DNA of 64,000 nt, taken from Utricularia gibba. Taxonomy: Eukaryota; Plantae; Magnoliophyta. The DNA lies in contig NEEC01000011.1 of NCBI GenBank assembly GCA_002189035.1, positions 806,001 to 870,000 of the forward strand, read 5' to 3'. Shown in pieces: positions 53,201-64,000 of this stretch (positions are counted from its first letter, which is position 1; each line of letters begins with the position of its first letter). Position numbers and translations under genes: made by a program. The notes below the pieces were generated by a model. That model ran no database searches. It was not told the DNA's origin and saw only the letters and a list, made by a program, of their open reading frames with translations.

Positions 53201-53220
53201 TTCCCCCCCCCCCCCCCCCA
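53201..53220 (-). promoter_or_regulatory. Polypurine tract containing a 17-G run
   Basis: C17 (53203-53219) on the plus strand, 2 nt from the 3' LTR. Confidence 0.9.
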
Positions 53221-53743
53221 GGCTGGAAAGTCTCTCCAATCCCAGTAGCTTGCAGAAACGCTCAAATGCATCGATCTTTAATGGCTTAGTAAATATGTCA
53301 GCAACCTGATAATCTGTCTTCACATAGCACAATTTAACCATTTGATCTCTCACGCACTCTTTAATAAAATGAAATTTTGTGCATATGTGCTTGCTGGGGG
53401 GTGGAAAATAGGATGGTATCCAATAGCTATAGCTGATTTATTGTCCATGCCTACCCTGATGGGATCTTTGATAAAAAACTTCAAGCTTTCCAGCACAAAG
53501 CTCAACCACAAGGCATAACAGACTGCTGAATTGGCTGCAACGTACTCAACTTCACAAGAAGACAGTGTCACCATTGGTTGCTTCTTTGAACTTCAGAAAA
53601 TATTAGTTTGACCCAGGAAAAATGCTAATCCAGTGGTACTTCGAGAATCATCAATACTCCCAGCCCAATCACTATCAGAATATCCTACAAGTTCAAAATT
53701 TTCAGAGCACTTATACCACATTCTAAGATCAGTTGTACCTTTA

Positions 53744-53965
53744 GAGTGTGTTTGGTAGGGAGTATAAAGAGGGATAGTTAAATGAGAAAAGCAAAATAGG
53801 ATGTTTGGTAGATGGGATAAAATAATGAGAGGGAGGGATTGGGATAAAATTATATTGTCATATACCCCTTCATTATATATCCTCTCTTATTCCTAGTATA
53901 ATTTATCCATTCTCTAATATAATTTATCCATGTAAACACATTCTATATATCTACCAAACATACCC
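53744..53965. mobile_element. Tourist-like MITE 3 inserted at the copia RT/RNase H junction
   Basis: TIRs GAGTGTGTTTGGTAG and CTACCAAACATACCC match at 13 of 15 positions. TTA at 53741-43 and 53968-70 (two extra T). Removing it restores ILRYFKGTTDL on the minus strand. Confidence 0.85.
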
Positions 53966-56900
53966 TTTTAAAGTATCTAAGAATCCTTCTTACTACTTTG
54001 AGATGAACTTCTTTGGGGTGTTCCATGAGTCTGCAAACAAGTCCTACTGCAAACAATATATCTGGGCATGTGCTTGTGATATAACGTAAGGAGCTGAACA
54101 TGCTCTTGAATTCCGTAATGTTGACATCTTCTGAGGGATCATTCTGACTTAATTTTATTCCAACTTCCATAGGTGTCACCACTAGATTACCGTTGTCCAT
54201 TTGATATCGTTTCAGCACTTCCTTCACAAAGCCTTCTTGTGAAATAAATATTCCAGAGTTTAGTTGCTTTACTTCAATCCCCAAGTAGTAGTGATGCAAG
54301 CCTGAATCTGTCCTATCAAAGGTGACACTCATCTCTTTCTTGAATTTAATGATTTCATCGTGGTTGATTCCTATCACAAGCAAATCATCCACATAGATCA
54401 GTACAACCAGTAAATCTTTAACACTTGATCCACAAACATATAAAGTGCCTTATGTAACTACAGAACTTTATTCTGGTTTTCAGCTTCCATGAAACCAAGT
54501 CGCTGCTCAATATAGACCTCTTCTTCTAATATTTCATTTAAAAATGCAGTCTTGACATTCATCTGCCAGATTTTCTAATGGAACTGAGCGGCCAATGCAA
54601 TAATCAAACGAATAGTTTCCATTCTTGCTACATGTGTGAACACTTGGTCATAATCAATCCCTTCCTTTTGCTTGTAACCATTGGCAACTAATCTAGCTTT
54701 AAACCTATCAATCTCACCATTTGATTTATGTTTATCTTGTACGGCCATCTTACTCTAATCATAGATTTATCAGCAGGTCTAACTACCAAGCTTCATGTGT
54801 TATTTCTTTCAATTGAGTGAATCTCCTCTTCCATGGCCTTTTGCCACTTTGGATCTCTCACATCCACATGGAAATCAAAAAAGGTTCGGTGTCAATCATT
54901 AAACAAAACCGACTGAAATGATTTACCTCTTGGTAATATTCATCTCTCTGTCCAGGAGCATCCACAACAAAATCCTTAAAATGACGTGGCAGTATCCTGA
55001 TTCTCATTTCTCTTACAGGTGCTGCTGGTTCATGTCTTTCTTGATCATAAGACACTAGTTATGTATCATCAATATCAAAGAAAGAATTATCAACAAAAGA
55101 ATATTCTTTTCCCATCATTATTCCAATCCCATTGTTCAACTTCATTGAAGATGACGTCCCTGCTCAAACATATCTCCTTCTTAATAGAGTCAAACAACCG
55201 GTAATGCTTCGAATTTTGGTCATATCCTAAGAACACCATCTTTTGGGATTTATCATCCAGCTTCTCAACAATAAATCATGCTTATGAACATAAGCTATGC
55301 ACTCAAATACCTTCATATGTACCACTGATGGTTATATTCCAATGAATGCTTCTTGTGGAGTCATCTTTTCCAAATTTCTTGTTGCACAATAGTTTAGGAT
55401 GTATACAACAACAATAGCTGCATCACCCCAAAATTCTTTTGGCACGTTTCTAGCCTTCAAAAGACTTCTAACCATCTCCAAAATGGTTCTATTTTTCCTC
55501 TCCACAACACCATTCTACTATGGTGTCCTTGCTGCTGAGAATTCATGATGAATTCCAATATTTTTGCAATATGCTTTGAACTGGCTTGGCATGTACTCTC
55601 CTCCTCGATCAGTTCGTAATCTCTGAATAACTGATCCTGATCATCTTTCAACCATAGCCTGAAATTCAACAAAAGTTTGGAACACATCAGACTTGTGTTT
55701 AAGGAGATATATCCAGCATTTCTTACTAAAATCATCAATGAACAAGATGAAGTAGTTGTTTCTTCACACGATTGATGGTTTGATGGGTCCACACACATCA
55801 CTATGGATCAATTCTAGTGGGTGACTTGCACGAAATTCCCTTCTTTGGGATCTCGGAGCGTGGCTGCTTCCCAAAGATACAAGCTTCACAAACAATTTGT
55901 GGCTTCTCAATTTATGGGAGCCATCTCACCATTCGACCCTTGCTCATTAGCTTGAGCCACTGGAAATTCACATGGCCAAATCTCATGTGCCACATCCACC
56001 CTTCCTCATCATGACACGTTTTAAGACATCGAGGGATAACCCCTAACAAGTCCAATGAGAACCTTCTATTGGACTGCATGTTGACAGACACCGCTTCATG
56101 TTTTTCTTCATCCTTCATGATCAGGTGTCCCTTGCCCAACAAGAAGATATATCCCTTTTCTACAAACTATCCCAAGCTTAGGATGTTGCTTTTTAAACTT
56201 GGAACATACAAGACATCAGAAACAGCCATGTAGTTACCATTTCGCATCTAGAAAATCACTGAACCAATGCCACTGACAGACAATTGTGTGGCATCTCCAA
56301 TAGAGATTGACCCTCCATAATCCTTTCTCAAACAAGAAAATAAGTTCCTTTGACCACACATGTGATTCATGGCACCTGAATCCAAGTACCATGTGCTCAG
56401 ACTTCGTTGATCATTCGTTGCAGCCATCAAAAGTATTGATCCTTCATCAACTGGTTTGGAGTCCTCCTAAACCTCTTCAACAAAGTTGTTATGATCCATT
56501 CTCTCTTGTCGACACTCCGAGGAGTAGTGTCCAACCCTGTGACAATTAAAACATTCTACATTAGACTTCTTCCTCTTATAATTACCACCATCGCCTCCTC
56601 TATAGAAACCTCTATCACCACGCCCTCTCCAATTTGATCCTTGCCCTCATGAGGAAAAATCTGCAGAGTTATTTTCTCTACTAGGATCCTTCCTCTACAA
56701 AAAGCACAACCTCTGCCACTTCCACGAAGAGGAGAATTTTTCTTCTCGTTTTTCCTTGTGTTCAATGCATTAATATGAAGCAGTTTTGATGAGGAAATCA
56801 TTTCATCATCATCCTTCAAGCGATCTTCATAAGCTTGGAGGGAGCCAGTTAACTCATCTATGGACATCGTACTTAAGTCATTGGCTTCTTCAATAGACAC

Positions 56901-56995
56901 AACCACAAACAGGAATTTTTTGTCCAAAGAATGCAGGATCTTCTCAACAATGCGCTCAGACATGACAGTTTCTCCAAGTCTCTTCATCTGATTTC

Positions 56996-57300
56996 TGATG
57001 TGGACCTCACTCCATGGACCGAGCCCACCACTTACAAGAAGAAGAACAAGCCCAACTCCAAATGCAACCCAAATGCAGAATCTTAAATCGCATACCCTAT
57101 CGCTGGGGAGAGGCTGGAATTGAAGGAGTTTTCAGAGCCTGGAGGCTACAGGAGTGCTGCCGGGAGGCTGCTCTCTTCCCTATTTTCTCTCTTTTGTTGC
57201 TATTTAATGAGTGCTTTGTGGTGAACTTTGTTCTGCTGCTACATTCTTCGTTTTGTGCAAACTGGGTCCTTTAACCCGTTCTCGATTTAAAGCCTTATCA
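56996..57300. repeat. 305-bp solo LTR nested in copia gag, with ATTTC TSD
   Basis: TGATG...TATCA termini, ATTTC at 56991-95 and 57301-05. Removing it restores gag GIGN-QMKRLGE. Confidence 0.9.
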
Positions 57301-57724
57301 ATTTCCAATGCCGTAAACCTGAATGACATAATCGTTGATACTTTCACCAACTTTTTGTCTTAAAGCTTCAAACTCAATCCTTAGCGTTTGAAGTTTTACC
57401 CTTTATGCCTTATCAGCTCCTTGGAATGCTGCTAATAATGCATCTCATGTTTCTTTGGAAGACGTAGCCTCAACTACCTTCTCAAACATTTTTTCATTCA
57501 AGGCTTGATGTATAATGGATAGTGCCTTCTTATCCCTCTTTAGTGTGGCCGCATCTGATGTTGCTGTGATTCTGTTTTGCACAACTTTGAACACCTCATA
57601 TGCCCCAAAGATAGTTTGCATACAAATTTTCCAATTGTAGAAGTTATCTCTCATGAACATTGGAATAGGAAAGGAACCTGATCCTCCCACTCCTGATCCA
57701 CCATTGTTCGACATGACTAAACTT

Positions 57725-57736
57725 GCTCTGATACCA
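57725..57736 (-). promoter_or_regulatory. PBS TGGTATCAGAGC (initiator tRNA-Met)
   Basis: GCTCTGATACCA on the plus strand, 3 nt from the 5' LTR. Confidence 0.95.
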
Positions 57737-57739
57737 CTT

Positions 57740-57976
57740 TGTAGTGTGGAAATAAAAACAGCAGCAAACTGCACTTGATGTGCTAAGAAAAATAGAGAAG
57801 AAAATACTTGGGATTGCCTTTCAAATTTATCAATATGCAGCAGTACATCTTACGGACTGACACTTAGACAATTTATGCAAGAAACAACTCTCAAAGAACG
57901 GCACACACATTCATCATAATTTCATCAGTTTCTTGTAACGGTAGGAGCTACTCAGCTTTCCAGATTAACTTCAACA
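57740..57976 (-). repeat. 5' LTR (237 bp)
   Basis: Paired with 52907-53200 and lacks a 57-bp segment present there. Confidence 0.95.
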
Positions 57977-58329
57977 GTTATGACTCCAAGGTGAAGAAGT
58001 CTCAACAGCAGCAGTCGAATGTCACTGAATTGGAAGGTAAGTTGTGAACATCATTTGCAATTGTCTGATACCCATGTTAGTTCTGTGAATTTTAAAAGAT
58101 TTTTTACGATGTTTGGTGCATGTAGATGCAAAATTCATAGCAGCTAAGAGCACGCTTCTTATTATCCAATGAGTATAAAATTTGGAACAATAAAAATCAG
58201 AGAAACTATAATTGGTGTGTGTCTGATGGGATTTGCAATCATCAGGTTATGATTGCTGCTGCCTACCTTTGTAGTGAAGTTTCTAGTATGCTTAGAGATC
58301 CCATTTGACCCCAAGGTCAAGCGCATAGT

Positions 58330-58440
58330 TCTGAAGAATAGCAAATAATATGTTACTCTCAAAAATATGACATGTGGGCATTAAAAATGGAGATTTACTT
58401 TCAACTCCATGATCTTTAGGACATGTACATTGTTATCCAA
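58330..58440 (+). pseudogene. Short copia gag N-terminal fragment
   Basis: KYDMWALKMEIYFQLHDL resembles the NY..WA.KM..YF..HDLW gag start. Confidence 0.45.
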
Positions 58441-59199
58441 ATAACATATATGTGGCTTTCATTTAATCTTCGGGAGGTGACCCATTTTTTTAGGATGACA
58501 ATGGGTAACAGGTTTTTATCCAAAGATTTTACTCTTGTTGACAATCCCTTTCCATGAAGAATGATATATTCTATATTTTTAATTTTTTTATCATCCTCTT
58601 TTCTTTTTTATCACAACGGAAGGTGGCTTTGACATTTTTTGTATTCCCCTGCGGCATAGAAGGTAAAGGAAGTAGCTGTTGATTTCACTTTTCAAGAATT
58701 GGGAGACCAAGACTCTTAAAGCCATTTTGAGTTCTAGGAATGATTCGTTTTTGGATCTTCTCCACGTTTTATTATGACGCAGGATCTCTAAAGTTTTACT
58801 CAATATTTAACACTGATTTGGTGAACGCTCAAATCGGGGTCCATTTGCAAAATAAACTCAGATGTGAAATTCTAGTCAGAATAATAGTTCTATTTTGTAA
58901 TTCCTAACAGGTAGCTCTCTTTTTTGAAATGATTGTGTTTTATCTGAGTTATAAAGATTCTATTTATGAAAGTAAAAATTACATTTAGGATATATCATTT
59001 TTGGAAAGTAAAACTATAAATTCAGCAAAAAAATTAATACATTTTATTGTAAATAATTATATTAATATTTTTATATATAAATAAGTATTTAATTTTTTTA
59101 GGTAAATATTGATTTAATTGATTTTAATAACCGGAAAGAGATTCATAAAGAAGTGAGAGTATTGTTCAAAGAAACATCGTTCAACCTCAAGAACAATGT

Positions 59200-60850
59200 C
59201 TACAACTGTGAACAACCATTACAAGTTTGAAATCAAAATAAAAATTTCAAGACGTTTCTTCACTACCATAAAGATGGTGCAAAACAACAAAAAGAAAGAA
59301 CTCATTTCCTCCACCTAAAAGTCTTCGCTTAAAATATTTTTTGGCATGCAATAATATCCATCATAATTATCCTTCATTCCTACTTTATATACATACATTG
59401 TATGATTGTCATCGTGACCCTGATGGCCCCAATATGTCTCTGGCCTTTCAATATAAAATTTATGCATTCCTTCTTAATTGATTCCTCTATAAAATTGCTT
59501 TTAACTCTAGCCTTCAGCCCCTAGCTCAAGTATTCATCCAAAACAAGTAAAAATAAAAGTAAAAAAAAATATAATGATACAAATATTTGTGTTTTCTAAT
59601 AAAAGTATTCAAACACTTAGATTAACTCCTAATTGAGTCATAATAACATAAATCAAATATAAAAAAAATATAAAAATATATAGAGAATTGCATTTGACAT
59701 ATTTCCCTTTCCTTAAGTCACTTCAAGTATGTAAGTAATAGCTATCAATGAATCAAACGAAACCCAAGTTTTGAAACACAACCAAGGTAATGCTTTCCTT
59801 TCTTACAACAAGTATAGCACTCAATTATGTTCTCCAATTCTTCTATTAAATCGAAGCAAAGCTACTTAAAAGGACAAACATCCTAATCAGGGAATTGCAC
59901 TGATCACTTCACTAAATTTCGAAAATATCCCAATTCAAGAGGGATAAGAATAAAAATTAAAGAAATTCAACTATAGTGACTAATGTTTATACTTTGGAGA
60001 AGACTTATTTGGATTATGAAACATTATGCGTGTCATATTCATTTTTCCACAATTTCGTCAACCAAACCTTATCCTTTGACACCCTAAATCTTTTTTCTTT
60101 ATTTCTTTCCTCTTCTCTTTTTTTTTTGTTTTTGCTCTTTTTCTTCTCCTTTTTTTTTCTCTTTTTTTCAGGAATTCTTTTTTCCAGTCACTATTGGAAA
60201 AACATAAAAATCGATAGCAACATAAAAAAAAAAGAAAATATAGGCAATGAAAAATTCCAAGTAGATCATCAGCATAAATCTTTTTTCTGAACTATATATC
60301 TAAAATGTAGAAAAATGTGAAGTGCTTTTCTGAACTATATATCTATATACCTAGTTATGAACATGTATAAGGTAAGTTTAATCATGAAAGCATTTGAAAA
60401 CTTCTGAAGCATGATATGGGGTAGATATAAAAACAAAAAAATTACGATAGAAAATAAAAAATATAGCAAAAAACAATCGTAACATATATAATCCTATTGC
60501 CCAATTATAAAGAAAAGTAAGGAAAACAAATGTATAAGAAACTGTTCCCCCACACTTAGTTTTGAGGATGTTCTCACTATCAAGTGTAAAAAAAGGTACC
60601 TTAATCATGAGTTGGCATAGAGGATCCAACACTAGCGGTGGTGAAGGCATCAAGCTTGGCGGAGAGGGCAGTGACATATTTCTTTAGTACATGATGACAA
60701 GAGCAACGTAAGCTTAGTTGGTGATGAAGGTATTGTAAAGAGCGACAGATCAATAGATTTTCCATAGATGTGATGTTTGCTAGAGAATTAAAACTGAACA
60801 TCAAAGGCGGGAATTTCAGCCTTTGGAGGTACTTGAATGGAAATTCGATT
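59200..60850 (-). mobile_element. Athila-like 3' region: extra-ORF C-terminus, internal PPT-like motif and non-coding DNA
   Basis: Minus strand ...RCSCHHVLKKYVTALSAKLD... is followed by CTAAGTGTGGGGGA (plus strand 60546-60559), a motif typical of Athila 3' regions. Confidence 0.5.
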
Positions 60851-60884
60851 AATTAAAGTAGCACTTTAATTAAAGTAACACACT

Positions 60885-61515
60885 TTCTTGCTATTAGAGA
60901 AAAAGGGCACAGTGCAAAACTAGCTGAAAGGTATGTATAAAAAATCATTAGATTGCATGGTATACCTTTTAGTATTATTTCAGATAGAGATACCAGATTT
61001 GTGTCAAGGTTTTGGCAGAGTTAACGGCAAGCTCTTCGAACAAAGCTGAACTTTAGCACAATATATCATCCACAAAGCGATGGCGAGAAAGAAAAATTTA
61101 ATTGAATGGTTGAGGATACATTAAGAGCTTGTGTTCTTGAGTTTGGCAGCTTTTGGGATAACTACTTAGCACTGATTGAATTTGATTACAATAACAGTTA
61201 TTATAGTAGCATTGATATGGCTCCGTACGAGGCTTCGTATGGTAGAAAATGTAGAACACCCTTACAGGGGAAGAAGTAGGCGAAAAGCAAGTTGTTGGAC
61301 CTGAATTGACAAGGATTACTAAGGAGAAAGTTGTAGTACAAAAGAATATGAAAATGAGAAGTTCGGCTAACTTGCATTGGAGGCCGTTATAGTTTGAAGT
61401 TGGTGAGTTTGTCTATCTGAAGGTCCAGTGAAGGGTATTACACGAATTAAGAAGATCAGCAAGCTTGCTCCGACACATATAGGGCCATTTGAGATCAACA
61501 TACAAATAGGTGTGG
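60885..61515 (+). pseudogene. Ty3/gypsy Tekay/Del integrase fragment
   Basis: IIRLHGIPFSIISDRDTRFVSRFWQS..KLNFSTIYHPQSDG..DTLRACVL..IEFDYNNSY.SSIDMAPYEASYGRKCRTP, with stops. Confidence 0.85.
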
Positions 61516-61664
61516 ATTGGACACCGATGTCTGACCATGGACAGCCCTTGGAGAACGTAAAGCACTCAACTCCTTTTTAAAATAATGCTCATGTTTGGTT
61601 TTGAAATATCAAGTTCCATTTTTTTTATGATAATAATTTATCACAATACAAAAGTGTTATATTG

Positions 61665-61930
61665 AAGCATTGTGTTTTAAAAATTACTCTATTGGGATAT
61701 CACGTTTTAAAAATTACTTTACCGAAACATTGTGTTTTAAAAATTGATGGGGGATAAATCGGTCAGGTGTAATCGGCTTCTAAAAGGCTGCCAAAAAAGA
61801 CTTTGAGGGGATAATGCTAGTCGACAGACCGATATCTGTCAGAAATTTGACAGATACGGCCGCATGGCGTAGTCTGAAAAAGCGGCTGAATTACGGCATG
61901 ACAGGTGGCCGATATCTGAAAAGCGAGATT
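61665..61930. repeat. Possible Mutator-like TIR fragment
   Basis: Three roughly 30-bp-period copies of GTTTTAAAAATT and a CTGTCAGAAATTTGACAG hairpin, features common in MULE TIRs. No partner TIR seen. Confidence 0.35.
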
Positions 61931-62134
61931 GCATAGAAAGAGCATAAAGCAGCTGACGTTTGCAGACGCTAGGATTCGGCCAGGTCGAGCTTTCCAATAA
62001 ATAGAAGAAACCCTTAAGGAGAGAGGGTTGGACTCTGAGAACTCTTCAACTTGTATCCTCTTCTTGGCCACCTCCGTATAGTGGATATTTTTTCCGGCGA
62101 GCTTTGATAGCTCTGTTGTAGTCCTCGATGGAGG

Positions 62135-64000
62135 TTGTTGAATAAAATATTTTCTTCTGAAATCAGTACCTCGATGGAGGTATATGTAGACGATATGATC
62201 GTGAAATCTATCAATGAGGACGACCATTTAGCGTATTTGGACTCTTGCTTCTCTCTATGTCGGTCGTACGGGTTAAAGCTCAACCCGCTGAAGTGTTGCT
62301 TCGTAGTGCAAAGTGGAAAATTCTTTGGGCATTATGTATCGAAGAGAGGAATCGAAGCAGACCCCGAGAAGATTAAGGCAATATGCGAAATGCAACCCCA
62401 AGGGCAATCAAGGAGTACCAGAGTCTCATAAGTAAATTGGCTGCCCTCAGCCGATTCATCTCTCGGTCTTTCGACAAGTCGGCATCGTTCTTCAAGGCCT
62501 TGCGAAAGGGAAATACTTTAGAATGGAACGAGGATTGTCGGATTGCCTTCGAGAAGCTCAAAGAATATCTCTCATCACCCCCGCTTCTTGTAGCTCCGAA
62601 GGAAGGGGAGCCCCTAGGACTATATCTATCCACATCACCTGTTGTGGTCAGCGCAGTTTTGACAACCATCTCGGTAGATAAACACTTGCAGGTTTATTAT
62701 GTGAGCAAGGTTCTATTACCGGCCGAAACCCGGTATATGGTGACAGAAAAATTCATCTTGGCACTAAAGATGGCAGCCACTAAGTTAAGGTCATATTTCC
62801 AAGATCGGCACATCGTGGTATTCACAAATGAGTCTCTGAAGAATATCCTATCTCGACCAGAGATTTCTGGAAGGGTTGCCAAGTGGGAGGTCGAATTGAG
62901 TACAATGGATATTGAATTTAAGTCGAGAACAGCGATCAAGGCCCAACCTCTCGCCGATTTTGTGGTCGAAATGACCAGACCTATTGACAGTTTCGTAGAG
63001 ACCAACGACCGATCGACAATGTACGTCGACGGCTCCACATACAACGGGGCCGGTAGGGGAATCGATATCCGAACTCTAGACGGAGAACATATCTACATCA
63101 CGGTGAAGTTCCTATTCCCCCCCTCTAACAATGTAGCCAAATATGAGGCCTTGGTCGAAGGGATGAAAATTGCTAGAGAGCTTGGTGTTGCAGAGCTCGT
63201 CATTTATACGGACTCATGGCTAGTACAAGGACAGTATTCGGATGAATATGAAACCCACGACCCCCTGATGGCTCTGTATTGTCCTAAGGTGAAGGAGTTA
63301 GCAAGGACCTTCAAGGAGTACACTTTGTCACATATCGCACGCGAGGAAAATGGATCCGCGCACAGTCTCACCCGATTTGCAGCGGGTTTTTCGGGATTAA
63401 AGTAAGGGAGCGTGATGATCCGATTACGGGATCAGCCTTCGATAACCTTGCGGGCGGTGAATCATATTACCCAACGATTAGGAAACGACATCTCTCCGCA
63501 GCTGAGCCTCCTTGAAGATTGGACATCACCCTACATCCGATACCTGTAGAACGGAGAAAAGCCTCCCGGTAAAGCGGAAGCCCGACAATTGGAGATTAAG
63601 GTAAAGAGATATACGTTGATAAACGGAATTCTCTACCGAAGATCATTAGATGGACCCCAATTAAGGTGTGTCAGGACAAAGCACTCTCAAGAACTTATAA
63701 CCGATCTAAATGAAGGGGAATGCGGCAACCACGTCGGGATACGATCCTTGTGCAGGAAAGCTTTGAGAACCGGATATTAGTGGCCAACTATGAAGCGGGA
63801 TATTACCAAAATGGTGAAGAAGTGCAAAGTATGCCAATACCATGCAAGTATACCAAGAAAACCGGTAAACGGCCTAACCTCTCTTCCAATCTCATGCCCG
63901 TTCGATCGGTGGGTAGTGGATATTATGGCGCCATTCCCCCAAACCTCAGGCAAAAGGAAATTTGTCATCGTGGGAGTCGAGTATTTCTCCAAATGGGTAG
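62135..64000 (+). mobile_element. Tat-clade (Ogre/Retand-type) Ty3/gypsy pol: RT-RH-aRH-INT, running off the window
   Basis: MEVYVDDMIVKS, LKLNPLKCCF, LSSPPLLVAP, YYVSKVL, second RNase H (MYVDGS..GAG..NNVAKYEALVEG..YTDS.LV), HHCC zinc finger and FVIVGVEYFSKWV. Confidence 0.9.

Larger units (their letters stand above)
52907..57976 (-). mobile_element. Structurally complete Ty1/copia element (Ivana/Oryco-like) with GTTAT TSD, coding region decayed
   Basis: Paired LTRs, PBS, PPT and TSD GTTAT (52902-06 and 57977-81). Gag RDNFYNWKICMQTIF, protease WYLDSGAMNHMCG, MWHMRFGH, integrase, RT and RNase H (LSSCEVEYVAA). Confidence 0.95.

Overview
This is AT-rich plant nuclear DNA with no intact host gene that I can recognise; it is a nested transposon graveyard. 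It holds two decayed Athila-type Ty3/gypsy elements in opposite orientation (about 2.2-10.2 kb on +, 26.8-34.4 kb on -), five further Athila-type LTRs or LTR fragments and an Athila 3' region. There are four substantial Ty1/copia bodies plus a short gag fragment. One copia (52907-57976) is structurally complete, with LTRs, PBS, PPT and a GTTAT target-site duplication (TSD), and carries a nested solo LTR and a MITE. Also present are a Tat-clade (Ogre/Retand-type) pol with an extra RNase H, a Tekay integrase fragment, a LINE ORF1 remnant, three copies of a ZMYM1/TTF-type hAT transposase remnant, three PIF/Harbinger Myb/SANT ORF1 remnants and three Tourist-like MITEs. The least expected feature is an old plastid-derived insert (ndhG-spacer-ndhE, about 19.5-21.15 kb) whose ndhG is split by two independent MITE insertions. 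I found no convincing evidence of a new biological system. Findings concern unusual TE architecture, the plastid insert and one possible interrupted exon. All alignments were done by eye, and boundaries without a TSD are approximate.
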